A DNA stretch of 64,000 nucleotides. It comes from Convolutriloba macropyga. Lineage: Eukaryota. The notes under the pieces were generated by a model. It was not told where the DNA came from. It did not search any database and saw only the letters and a list, made by a program, of their open reading frames with translations. The translations under genes and the position numbers were made by a program. Positions 21,149-32,953 of this stretch are shown here, piece by piece. Each line of letters begins with the position of its first letter. Positions within the stretch are counted from its first letter, which is position 1. The DNA lies in NCBI RefSeq assembly GCF_964194025.1, contig NW_027452888.1, forward strand, positions 1 to 64,000. The letters are read 5' to 3'.

Positions 21149-21420
21149 AGTCTTGGATTTGGTAAAATGTATCCGAATAAACTTGACAATATTGATATCC
21201 AAACTGAAGTTTCTTCACAATTTGGTTTTAAAATGGTTAATTTAACAAAACAAAGTGATATCAGCAGTAAAATAACAAACATTTGAACAAAAAATACAAC
21301 TTCTGACCGTGGCAACGTTGTTTGATTACAAAATTTCCATGAAGATTTGCTGCTACTTTCTTTTTCAAAGAAACTTTCTTCAACAACAGCGGCAACTTGA
21401 TCAACTGTTACCCCCTCCAT
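21145..21420 (-). CDS. Small two-TM membrane protein, 91 aa
   Basis: Hydrophobic segments VVFFVQMFVILLLISLCFVKL and VWISILSSLFGYILPNP. Translationally coupled to the ATPase by an ATGA overlap. Confidence 0.75.
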   Translation of the reverse strand: MEGVTVDQVAAVVEESFFEKESSSKSSWKFCNQTTLPRSEVVFFVQMFVILLLISLCFVKLTILKPNCEETSVWISILSSLFGYILPNPRL

Positions 21421-21465
21421 CTCGAGACAAAAATAATTTTTTTAAAAAAATGTATTGAGAAAAAG

Positions 21466-21711
21466 TCACTCTACATAAAACAATTCATAGCAATTGAACT
21501 CAGTTAGAAAGTCTTTCATATGAACCATAAAGCACTCCGGGAGTCTCTCAGTTTTGTCATAATGAACAATTTTGTGTACTCTTTCTTCCCTCACCAAGTG
21601 TTGAATCTCCTTCGGCAGTGAAGGATCGTTCTTGTCTACTTCTTCACCAACCGGGTGTTTCGACATCAGTAAGAGTCTCGGAGGACAGACTCTGGGTTGA
21701 GTTTTTGACAT
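21466..21711 (-). CDS. Hypothetical protein, 81 aa
   Basis: ATG-TGA ORF filling the gap in the co-oriented gene array; no recognisable motif. Confidence 0.45.
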   Translation of the reverse strand: MSKTQPRVCPPRLLLMSKHPVGEEVDKNDPSLPKEIQHLVREERVHKIVHYDKTERLPECFMVHMKDFLTEFNCYELFYVE

Positions 21712-22417
21712 TTTGCTTTCTCCACTGAAGAAAAGGTTCAATATAATATACTAAATGAGTAAATGAGCGAATTTCGTCCTCAGTCAGCAACAATTTAACT
21801 TTTCTCTGTAAAAACTGGTTTTTATGGTTTCGTCTTTGGAAATTGAAAGACTCAGATTCCCGTCCCCCGTAATCAAGGCGCAAATTGTTGAAGTCGGTGA
21901 CAAGGGTGCTTCCACTTTCATCAATTCCTCTCTCATTTGTTAACCAGTTAAAATAGAAAATGGCTTTTTCTTTTGCACAATGTTTGTTGAAATTGTTTTT
22001 GCCCTTTGAATGATTTTGACAGTTTTGGGTAAAATAGTTCACAGATATTGAAGGACACGCGAGTGAATTCAGATCAATAATAGAGCACTCAAACAAATCT
22101 GACAAAAATTTTACTTTTTCCTCTCCCTTAGCGTAGAATATTGAACCCGGATTCCTCAAACGAACGCTTTGAATTATTTGTGTGAGATAAATATAGGGAT
22201 AGTTTCCTGTTTCCCACTCAATGCCGTGCAAATTTCTAGTCAACCAACTGAAAGATTGCTTTTGTCGAGTTGTTAACTCACTAAAACTTGTTGGAGGTAA
22301 AAATGACACGCAGTCGAGATAGTCCTCGGTGCAAACACCAAGTTCTTTAACAATAAATTTTTTTTTTCTGTGACGGAACCCTTCAACGTCTAACACAACT
22401 GTTTTGCTGCTCAGCAT
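21644..22417 (-). CDS. DEDD/DnaQ-like nuclease-fold protein with a Cys/His cluster, 257 aa
   Basis: ExoI-like VVLDVEGF, FIVKELG, HGIEWETG, YAKGEEK and C..C.NH...HCA. Probable ATG at 22417. Confidence 0.65.
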   Translation of the reverse strand: MLSSKTVVLDVEGFRHRKKKFIVKELGVCTEDYLDCVSFLPPTSFSELTTRQKQSFSWLTRNLHGIEWETGNYPYIYLTQIIQSVRLRNPGSIFYAKGEEKVKFLSDLFECSIIDLNSLACPSISVNYFTQNCQNHSKGKNNFNKHCAKEKAIFYFNWLTNERGIDESGSTLVTDFNNLRLDYGGRESESFNFQRRNHKNQFLQRKVKLLLTEDEIRSFTHLVYYIEPFLQWRKQNVKNSTQSLSSETLTDVETPGW

Positions 22418-22841
22418 TCCAATAAAAGAAAAATTGACGGATGAAAAATCTTTATATATAGGCAAAAAAATATTCCCGACAAATGACCACTAAAACAGTT
22501 GCTGCTTTTTCACGGAAGCATATAAGAGTAACCAGGTCCTTGTTTGTATCTTTCGTATATAAAACCCCCAGCGTCGTGCAAAACTGCATGTAACCGAAGG
22601 ACTTTAAAACTTTTAAGTTGATGATCTAAAGACGAGTTGTCAATTCCAATAAGACCAGCGTACGGTCTAAGTTTAAGCGCAATATCGTGATCAAAATTTT
22701 CTTGATCGTTAAAGAACTCACATGCTGATAAAAGGTAATTTAGGCGAATTGAGTTTGTGGGAATTTTTGCGCTACTGTTAAATAGTTTTTGTGAATAATG
22801 GGTATATCTTTGCTAGCAACAGTTGGGTGGTTAAAATGCAT
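22411..22841 (-). pseudogene. PLA2-like (HxxxHD) Maverick gene, disrupted; absent from the ORF track
   Basis: Manual translation: MHFNHPTVASKD/frameshift near 22800/...PYAGLIGIDNS...LRLHAVLHDAGGFIYERYKQGPGYSYMLP*KSSNCFSGHLSGIFFCLYIK...LEC*. The final stop overlaps the next ATG. Confidence 0.65.
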
Positions 22842-23187
22842 TTAACAAAAAAATTGGAGTCAACTGATTAGAAAATGAGAAACTCAAAAACTGTTTAGAG
22901 TTTGAAACTGTTTGATGTAGGTTTGTTTTTGTTTCTTTTTTGGTACCTTGTATTGGTTATTAACTTCAATGTTTCTAGTTTTGCCAGTTTTCGTTTTTTT
23001 TTCATTGAACGAGTAATGTTAATTCATAAGAGAAAGCTCATTTGTTTCATAGTTATTACCTTATTTCTACATTTTATTATCGATTACTTTCTCGACCCCG
23101 TCTTCAATGTTCCGGATGTACCAGGTTAGTTACATTATAAATTTATATCAAAAAATTTTATCTTAAATTTGATTTCTCTAAGTTTTT

Positions 23188-23429
23188 GCTGAGACAAGAA
23201 AGTAGAAATTGTTTATACAAACACCAACCAACTTTCCCGGTTAGAAAGGGGAAAACAAATTTCAAGTCAAAGCATGAAACTGTTCGAAGAACTAAATGAA
23301 ACACCTAAGTTTTATTCCACTCTAAGTCAGAGAAATTCTAAGAGGATACCTAAAAAAGACCATGCCTGTATTGTAACGGGGGGGACAGGTCCCCCCCCCC
23401 GTTACAAACCAGGCATTTTCACTACTACT
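23188..23429 (-). repeat. Right terminal inverted repeat (242 bp)
   Basis: Reverse complement of 10150-10389, followed directly by AACGAA. Confidence 0.95.
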
Positions 23430-26400
23430 AACGAAATCAATTTCAAGGAAAAGCATAATACAGGAGTGGAGGAATGAAGTAGACAGCTATTATTGGACTC
23501 GTTGGACAATGGATAAGTTAGGTATTATTGATAAATATCGGATTAGCATGCAGTGCTTTGGCAAAAGAAAAGCAAGTGCGAGTGTGTCCTCGATGTAAGT
23601 GGTTTCTCATGACATCTAAAAACATGCAAAATTACCGATACAAAATTATTAAGTATTGACAACTGTCGATGGATGCCTAAAACTTCGTAGCTTCAGTGGT
23701 TAGATATTTTGCCAATAATGACAGATTTTTTGTTTTACCGTTTTATCCAAATATTTCAAATCTTTTGTAGTTCTTTCAACTTCCTCAAAAATAAAAATTA
23801 TAGCCATGTAAAAGGCCAGTTTTAATTTGAATAGAGAATCCTAGATGATCAATTAAAGTTTTATACATACAGGAAGAAATTAGGACATAAAGAATAATTT
23901 TTTAAAACTTTTGAAGATATGAGTTCGGTATGAGTTCGGATATGAGTTTGCAAAAAAATTACGAGTTCGGTTAAATGAATGTAAGATTAATGCTAGCTAA
24001 ACCTGATCTCAAGTTTTTCATCCCAACGATCCAAAAACGGAAAAAAGCTATCCAGGGCTTGGGATTTTCAAATTCAATGGCCTGTACACCTTTTTGAGCC
24101 AAGGTCAAAATTTCTAAAATATTCTCAACGTTGCAAAATGTTTGGTAAGATCAATATAATAAGTACTCTTTTTGTCAAGAAACTCTAATTTTATGTGATG
24201 TTTTTTATTTTTCTTTCGTTCTGTTATCACAAGATAATCTGCTCATTTCTTCTTCTTACTGAAGTGAGTTGAAATCTAAATTGAACACTGTCACTGCTCA
24301 TATATTCGGTAATGACATATTTTGATTTCGATGAGAAAAAACTACCAAAATAGGGGAGAAGATAGTGGGGGATAAATGAGGTGCAGTTTCTAAGCACGTT
24401 TTAACATTGAGATAATAACGAAAGTTTGTTCTTACGTTCGTTGTGTGTGCAAATATGAGTCGAAATTGGCGGTTTTTGATTACTTTCAACTCATTTTGGA
24501 CTTTTTTTCTGATGTTGTCATTCTGTTGTGTCCAGTGAAAATCGAATTCTTTGAGTCTCTTTCAAGTGAAAACATTTCTTCTTTATTACTGTAAAACTTC
24601 AAAAATATATTTAAAAAAGCGATTTCATTTTTTTCAGTTTTTAATTAATTTGTTTGCCTTTTGCATTTAAAATGATATCAGAGGATCAAAAACTTATTTT
24701 TACTTGTGAATATGCAATTAATTTTACCTACAAAAAGTTGCTGTAGAAGATATAAGCATAAGACGTTTTTGAAAGATTTATAGCTAATCACAAATCTTTG
24801 GCTGCAGGTTTTGAATTTGATCACAATGAAATCACAGAACTTCAAAAAAGTTTTTGCGGTTGTGCAAAACGTTTTTTTTTGTTTTTAGTATTCTGACAGA
24901 TTGGTTTTCACCAAATTAGTTTTAAATACAAAAACACCAATTTGCTTTCAGTTTTTCTTCTCTAAGCTCAACTCCGTGTTTAAGAAAAGTGATAATAGCT
25001 TGTAGATGAAATCTTGCCTAAATTTTTACGTCAAGCTTTTAATTCTGGCTGTATTTCTTCGTAATTTTTCAGTAGAATTATATTTGTTTTGCATTTTGAA
25101 CTCTTGTCGCTTTCCTTCGTTTTTTTACAGTCGGTCTTTATTACTTTTCTCTCATTTTTGTTCTTTTGTTTTGAGGTAGAACTTTTGCATTCAGTCTGAA
25201 AAGCATAATGAGAATTTTCCATGCATTCAATTTTGTTTCAAGATTTTGTTTGTTATTTCATTGGTCTCCAAAGTAGTATTGGAGTCAATATTGGTTGACA
25301 TCCGATATTAAAAACGAAGATTTATTTCTATAATAAATGATCTGAAATACTCTAACCTGATTGGTTGAATATGTGAACAATTCCCCTTTCTATTTATTTC
25401 ATTTATCCCTTGCACTCTTCCAGCTGGTTACTATTGGAGTCAGACCTGATATAACAATAAAGTATATTTCTCTCTCTTTCTCTCTCTCTCTACTCCTCTC
25501 GTGATATAAGATTGAGTTATAGCTCAGATTTTAGCATTAGGGCCCTTGCACTGTCTACTAATACTCATATCCGGAGAGTAATGGACTAGAGACTTAGAAC
25601 TTTAGTTAGTCGGGCAATCCGTAAGGTGATAATGATTCCTGAGACGCCCATAAGCCTATCTAGATTTTCCTTTTAAAAGTAAGCTCCCAGATCACGTCTT
25701 AGTATATTGTCCTCCATCAACGACCCGAGGTATAATTTAAATTATTTTTCGCAAAAATTTGTAAATCTTTTCTATGATATGGTTGTTTTTGCGAAAATTT
25801 GCTCAAACAAAAAACAAACTACGCAAGTTTTGCAGAAAATGTGTTCTACAACTTTTGCGAAATGATACTGATACAAAACCTGAGAGAGTCTATTTTATTC
25901 TACTTTCTTGCGTTTTTGATTACGCTTGCAGCCATTTTTTCACTTAGAGAAGCCTCATTCCTTTCATTTGTCAGGAGTACATTGAGGCACCTGATCATCA
26001 ATAAACCTCCATCTGTTTTGAACAGTAGATCCAGGACCTGTACATCGCTCTTTTTTTTCAACTGAGATCGTAAGGAAGCAGCAGAATAAAAAAAAATTGA
26101 AAAAATTTGAACGTTTGAAGTTTTAACGTTTCCAATTAAAATTTTAGTTGGCGTAAGTTGAAAGTTTATTCTAAGTTTTGCAAACTTTTGTTAAAATTTT
26201 GCTACATTTGCAAATAAAAAAAATCATAATTTGCAAACATTTTGCAAAACATTTGAAAAGTTTTTCAATTTTTAAACAATAATTTAAAAAAAATTATAAA
26301 ATTGGTTGGCAAATTTTTGCAAAACTTAATATTCCTAAGTTGTCCACCTTATGCTAAATATTGAAAACTTACCAAGACTTAGACGGTGCCGAAGAGCATC

Positions 26401-27109
26401 TACGAGACTTTGTACCGCGCAAACAAAGTTAATTTGGAGAACTTAACTTTGTTTTGTTGGGCGAGCTGCAGGGCGCAGCCTTACTAACTCTCCCAACTCT
26501 CGTATTTGCTATTTCAGTCACTCCGCCACAAAAAGTCCCAAGCTCAGTATGAAAAAATCTGCAAAAAAGGTTTATCAAACCTGACTAGAGAGTTCCGACA
26601 GTTTTCGAGCAATTTCATTACTTATTGCACTCTATTGATATTGTTAAGGCCATAGGACAGATCATTTTTATACCCTTTTTATTTTGATAAGGCCTGAATA
26701 CGATACCTTAAAAATCCTAATACGGCCGTTGTAGGGGGTGACGTAGTAAATTTGACAAGAACTAAGTGCGGTTTCCTTCTAAGACTTTTATCGTGCCGTA
26801 CTACGGCCTCACCAAGTTATCCAAGGTCAGTCAATCTTGTTTATAAAATCAATCTTGTTTATGAAAGGGAGCCTGATTCAAAAAGAGATGTGTTTTCCAA
26901 TTTGGTAAGAAACTTTCAGTCATATTTATTGCAATAGAGAAATCCAAATTCCAAATTATACAAACTTTTATATCCAAAAGAAACTACATAAATTCACAAT
27001 ATACATTTCGTTTCAAAACAATACTAAAATTTGAAAAAAAAAATAGATCATAAACATTTGACAAAAAGTTGAAGCCACAATTTAGTATCAGATGACATTC
27101 TAGAAAGTT

Positions 27110-27575
27110 CTAGAACTTTTCCGTTGACTGGAACGAAACGGGGCAATGTTTAGGCGCCAAATACACATAAGCGGACCGCGCTGGATTTTTCCCAATGGAC
27201 CAATTTTTGCTCAAATAGGAATAAAAATGCACCGCATATGTACATTGGAAAAAATTATCCCAATCTTTGGGCGATAAATCCTTCTTGTAGTTGAACAATT
27301 CGTGGGCTCTATTTGCGCCCGAGGGGAAGAAACTGTAAGTGGGTAAAACTGTCAAGTTTGAAGTCGAATAACCCCGAAGGTTGTTTGTTTTGTACAATTC
27401 TGTGATGGCACCCGTTGACATTAAAGGTCCAGTCATGTGTCGGGGTTGGTCACCGTGGTACCCTTTCACCAGTTTTTCCATAATTAGCCAGGGAAGTGGG
27501 TGGTGTTTTTCGAAGCTTACAAAAGCGTTTTGGATGTGTCCCCTTTCACTGGGGCCTTGTGGGTTGCAGTATTCG
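27110..27575 (-). CDS. Alpha-1,4-glycosyltransferase (GT32, A4GALT/A4GNT-like), exon 2
   Basis: Acceptor attttcag|C GAA TAC. Encodes IQNAFVSFEKHHP...TGPLMST...SFFP...YAVHFYS...LAPKHCP, the conserved C-terminal region of the family. Confidence 0.88.
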
Positions 27576-27627
27576 CTGAAAATGTACTTAAATGATGATT
27601 TAACATTTCTGATTTAATCTTTATATA

Positions 27628-27680
27628 AAACACGAAAACTCGGTAATGTGCGTTTTCGCATAAAGTTCTGACCCCGCTCA
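27628..27680 (+). mobile_element. Diverged hairpin terminus of the Helentron/HINE-like family, inside the GT32 intron
   Basis: aaacacgaaaactcggtaatgtgcgttttcgcataaagttctgaccccgctca aligns with 34081-34133. Confidence 0.6.
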
Positions 27681-29738
27681 CATATTCGACAAAATGATCT
27701 ACCAAATGAGGAAGAGTTAGAAAATTTTGAAAAAATCAAATATTATTCGAAATTATTAGTTGTATACATTAAAAAAAATCAAATTAAATTTTAAAATAAA
27801 TGAAAAAATTTCTCATTAGAGGGCCGATGATACATACCATTAGAGAGGTTAGGAGACAAACAGAAAAATAGAATACAAACAACAAGCATTAATTCTGACC
27901 AAAACTCAAGGTGTCTTTATATGTTTTTTTGAAAAAATTACTGACGAGGTCAAAATAGCGTCAAATAAAACTTAGCATAGCAAAATGACTTACTTTTCAC
28001 ATGAGAAGATACGGGACCTGTTTTATTGAGCATAACTAACATGTGCACAAAAAGCAAATAGGGCAAAATAGAATAATAAGCTTATAATTTTTGAAAAACA
28101 AATATACACAGTCATAGAAATCATGAGCTATCAACTAAGAACTTCAAATTGGCAAAAAACTGCCCAGGAAGTCATTAAGATCTGCCATTACCCAGAATCT
28201 CAAATAGTTATAAAAAGACTGAACTCAGGCAAAAATAAAAAAAAAATTGAGAGAATTTTGGTAGTGAAAACGTTGAACATGAGCACCTGCGCCTTCTCTG
28301 GGCACTTTTGTTTTGTTATTTTATTTATCATTGATGTGAAACCTGAATTGATAACCTCGAAAACCTGCAACAAAACTAAAAATTAAAACAAAAGCTAAAA
28401 AAAATGTAAAAACTCGTAGTATCAAATCCAAAAAATCATTAACTATATGACCAAACTGCAGTGAAGATTATTTTTCAATTCACTTTAAAGAGAACACAAC
28501 CTCTCTGTTTGCTCAGATTACGACACAAGATGAGAGAAAAAAAATAAGAAATGGCAAACCGGAAAGAAAATTTTCGATTGTTTTGAGAACTTTTTTTAAA
28601 TCATAAGACAAAAAACATTAAGAGTTCAATTAAAAAAATGTAAATAGATTAAATTTTTACTACCTGGAAAGCCAATAGGATATATCATTACTGAGGCTAT
28701 TTCAAGAAATTATAAAAACAACAACGAACTCCGGAACACCTCCAACGACTCAACATTAAAAAAAAGCTACGCAAACATAGCATTAAGGGCAAAAACCAAT
28801 GAGATTTTCGATGAATTTATAATGTATGTTTGTTTGCCTTTGTTTGCATGTCATTTTCGTTTGTCAGTAAAAGAGTTGTGATCTGAAACAATTCTGGTCT
28901 GTAATCAACAAAAAAAAAGAAGAAAGCACAGTTTTTTTAAAAGATGACAGCGCCTCATTACAATTCCAATAAGTTTTGAATTGTAAAAATCCGAAATTAG
29001 ACAACAATTGATGTGTACATTGTTGCTGGCCTATTAAAAACAAACATTTGTCTCAAATAATATCAAAAAAACTAATTTTTTTTGACAAATAAGTCAATGT
29101 ACAAAAATAAATACTGATTTCTGGAATATTCTTTGAATTGAACTAGCGAAAAATCATTTTACCATTAAATATCAACTGAGAGGATTAGATTTTTCTTATT
29201 GGTTTTCCAGATAGCTATTAGGAACTTTGTTTAATAAAACTTAGAGATCTTTTCAGTTTCAACCCCCAGTACGTTATGCGCCCCCCAGTTACAGAGCACG
29301 TGCCATTAAAAGGTAAATCATTATGTAAAAATGTGGCACGTGCGTCTGAGGTTGCACGTAATATGCGCCCTTTAAGCTGTGGGGGCACAAATGCAAAAAC
29401 CCAAAGTTAGTCAGAAGACTAAAAAATCAACAAAAGCTGAAAAATATCAAAACTTTATGGAAAATTTACGAAAATACATTGTTGGAGCCATAAACACAAT
29501 AAGTGCTTTAAGAAACAATAATCATTCATTGGGCCTCATTTGAACATAATTGACACCTCTAAAGAAAGGAGCCTATAGTTGAAAACAGAGTTTTCTGTAC
29601 GGGAAAATGCAAAAATTAATCTCTTAAAAAAGACACAGCTAAGATGAAATCCCAATTTTTTTCAATGCAGAAAACCGAAGTACGACGAAAACTGATCTTG
29701 CTATCGCTGCATGGCTGTTGAACAATTGATTGTTTCAA

Positions 29739-29901
29739 AAACTTAATTGTCGGATATTTTGCAAACGAATATATCAACAAAAATTGATGCGTTTCTGATA
29801 ATTGTCGATTTAAAGTCGCTAAACTTAATTGTCGGATACTTTGCAAACGAATATATCAACAAAAATTGATGCGTTTCTGATAAATGTCGATTTAAAGTCG
29901 C
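29739..29901. repeat. Tandem duplication, period 82 bp
   Basis: aaacttaattgtcggata...gatttaaagtcgc occurs twice with about two mismatches. Confidence 0.85.
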
Positions 29902-32234
29902 ATTTTGATTGTTCCATATTTCTGACTATCTCAGGATGCTGAGGCAAAACAAGCTCTCATATGAGTAAACAAAGACAGAGTGGTCTAAAAATGCATATTT
30001 GTTGCAATTGCTAATGAGAGATGAAAAACGCATATTTTTCAAAAAATTAGCCAACATTTTAGCTAAGAAAAATGTGGGTCAAACGATGCAACAACTTTTA
30101 AATGCAACACCGTTGAAAGTTTTGCTGTACAATTTTACCGTTTTCGCAAAATTGATTGAGCAAAACAGATCAAAATTTTAGCAAAAATCACAAACAATGG
30201 ATATGAGTTCTGCTTAATCAATTACAATAATCAGGCACGGAACATCGAAAAAAATTGGTTCAATGAAATTTGAGTTTCAAATTGTTCGTAGAACGATAAC
30301 TTGCGATTGAAGTGGAACAAATCATTTAAATAGGAGGACGGGAAGTGTGGGAAAATTCTTTTGAGTTTCAGATCAAGTTGACGCATCGACAACCTACTTA
30401 CAAAGTGTCAATTAGACATGAATAAAAAAAAAACTTTTTTATAGATTATTGCATAGAACAACTACCGGAACTAATAATAGAAAGAAAGATCCAAATCAAA
30501 AATCAACATATATCGATACAAGAGTTCCTCTTGTCCAAATCTGTATTTCTTAAAAGGACCAAATAATCGAGTATGGTCGGGGTTAAACACTGACCAAAAC
30601 TACACTGTCAAATTTCTCAGTTAATGACCAGCAAACGTTTTACCTTAGGTTAGGCAAAAAAACTTTCCATAGGAATTTATGTTTATGGTCGAGCATTGTC
30701 TTTTCATGAACAAAAGCCTCTTCATAGGATTCTTTGGTTCAAACATGGTATTTTCATTGGCCTTTTGCGTCAAGCTTGATCTTTTTTGATCTCTTCATGG
30801 GTAGAGCAAAGGACTTTCCACAAGTCTGCTTTTAAGCAAATGTCGAAAAAAATATTTACTTTCTTTTGCTGCTGCACATACTGAAGCAGCGACGGAACTA
30901 GACTAAACAGCATTGCACCACTGCAGTCCAACAAAAAAGACTGTTGAGAACTTGCCACAGGTCGTAAAAAATTTGCGGTTCTTAAGATAAGTCAATTATT
31001 GCAACTGGACTATATTTCCACTTTACTTGATTGAGTAAAACTAGGTAGTTTGATTGAAATGACCTTCTTCCATGAGCCATGCTGAAAAGTGGCGTTATTC
31101 AGTTGTTTTCATTTCCAAAATTATGATTTAACATTTTGTAAAAGCATTGCAGAATTTTGATAGATTAATGGTTCTTCGGATTCGCAGAAAAGATGAAGGA
31201 GCATATTTGTTTTTGAGGCAGAAAAGATGAAGGAGCATATTTGTTTTTGAGGCAGTTTTTGAGGCAACATTGGAGGCTCATGAAAAGACTTCTGCCCAAC
31301 CCATAAGTTGACAATAGAGTAGACTCATTTTTTCTAGTTCATTATTTTGAGGAAAAAAAGACCGTTAAAAAAATGTTATGGTTTGAGTTTTGCTCGACGC
31401 AATTTTTACTGCTCTAGCATTGCCAGAGTAAAAAACCAGTGCCTAATTCTGGTCGACCGCAACTCCAGCCAAACTTTTTGTTTTGGGAAGAATTCCAACG
31501 TATCTTTTCGGGTCGATCAAGCTTTCAAGTGATTAATAAGGTCTAGCAAAATTGTTTTCATAGCTCTTTTGTGCCCAGCATGTCTATTCACACCCTCTTT
31601 TGATAGCACATGGTCTTTTGAAAGGTCTAGGCTACGGTCTCGGCACAATTTGGTTTCCAAAAGGAATTTTAAGTAATTAGACCACATGAATAATCAATTT
31701 TAGCAGTTGAAGCAGTTTACTGGAACATTAAAGCAGTCGGATCTGTTGTCTACAAGAAGACCCAAAGTACGTCTTAGTTTTCTCCCGTTATAATAAATCA
31801 AACAGTTGTATTAGGTCCCTTAATGTGAGCTGTTTTCACTGTATTTTCCGTTACGTGGCTATTGTTTGAGTAGGCAAAGTTCGATAAATTTTGCGGATCT
31901 GGAATCGAGTGAAAAAAATAGTGGAAAAATATGGTTCATATAAAGTGACATATATCCCAATTATGAAGCCATTCTAAACTATGGTAGCCTAGTGTAACGA
32001 GTTTCCACAAACGCTTACAACTAAATGTCCAAAAAAATCGAGTATCTATACTCGTTATTTTTGGATATTGACCCCGAAATGTTGAATATTCAAATATATG
32101 AATTTCTGCAGTATAATTGCTCATTTGCTTATCGACACAAAGCATTGGTTGGCATATCTTATCAGTAAATTTCACACAAAATTTACTAAATTTTGGTGAA
32201 TTTGCGAAGCAGAAAAATTGCGAAAGTTACTCAC

Positions 32235-32953
32235 CTGTTATTATAAGCTGTTTCATAATTTCTGGCCATGTTAGTCATTGTCACAGAATTCTTCAATGCA
32301 AGCAAATTCTTTACAATTACAAAATCTAAGTCCAGATACATGCCTCCGTACTTGTAAATTGCAACCTGTCGCATCATATCACTTTCGTGTGTCACAATTT
32401 GTTGATTTCTGTTCAACTCGGAAACGACTAAAGCTTCTAAGGGCGTCCCTTTAACAAAATCCGAAAAATCGTACTTGAAAAACTTGACCTGATCTCCGAA
32501 CTTGTTCAAAAGTTGACAGGTAGCGTTGCTTTTTTCTGGAATCAAATATTGGGAAGACATCAAAATGACGGGCGACCTGCCCGAGTTTCGAACCGCGGAC
32601 TCTATCGTGCAAGCTTGCCTCGCGTCGAGAGAAGAATGTCTGGCCGTTTCCACGAAAAATAGCGGAAAATCGGGCAAATCTTTTTCTTCCAATTCTTTTA
32701 ACTCTATACTGCGCGGGCAACTTTTTTCTTCGGGTTTTTCAGGAATGTTTATATCGGGAATTACTTGTTGATTTATCGGGACTTTTTCGATGATCGGGGC
32801 GGGTTGTCGGTCGAAATCTTTGGGAATGTTTCTTAGGGTTTTTCCACGGTCTTGGTCTTTTTGTGCTTTATCGAAAGCAATGCGGAAAATGTATATGACA
32901 ATTATAATAGAAAGAATTATATTCAAGTTTCTTGAAATTGACGAAAAACGCAT
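32235..32953 (-). CDS. Alpha-1,4-glycosyltransferase (GT32), exon 1; spliced protein 394 aa
   Basis: Type II membrane anchor, FFVET, RQACTIESA, SDMMR...YKYGGMYLDLD (DxD motif). Donor AACAG|gtgagt, phase 2, joins 27575 in frame across a 4659-bp intron. Confidence 0.92.

Larger units (their letters stand above)
10150..23429 (-). mobile_element. Maverick/Polinton (adintovirus-like) endogenous dsDNA virus, 13,280 bp, probably defective
   Basis: Termini AGTAGTAGTG...CACTACTACT, ~240-bp TIRs, AACGAA duplicated at 10144-10149 and 23430-23435. Contains pPolB, protease, MCP, mCP, RVE integrase and packaging ATPase genes. Confidence 0.97.

Noticed and set aside
22860-23187. Possible small gene between the PLA2-like gene and the right TIR
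   Set aside because: Only short basic frames with several stops; more likely promoter or leader sequence.
25370-25740. Possible solo LTR (AATAAA, CT-rich tract, higher complexity)
   Set aside because: I could not identify TG...CA ends with a target duplication, or a second copy.
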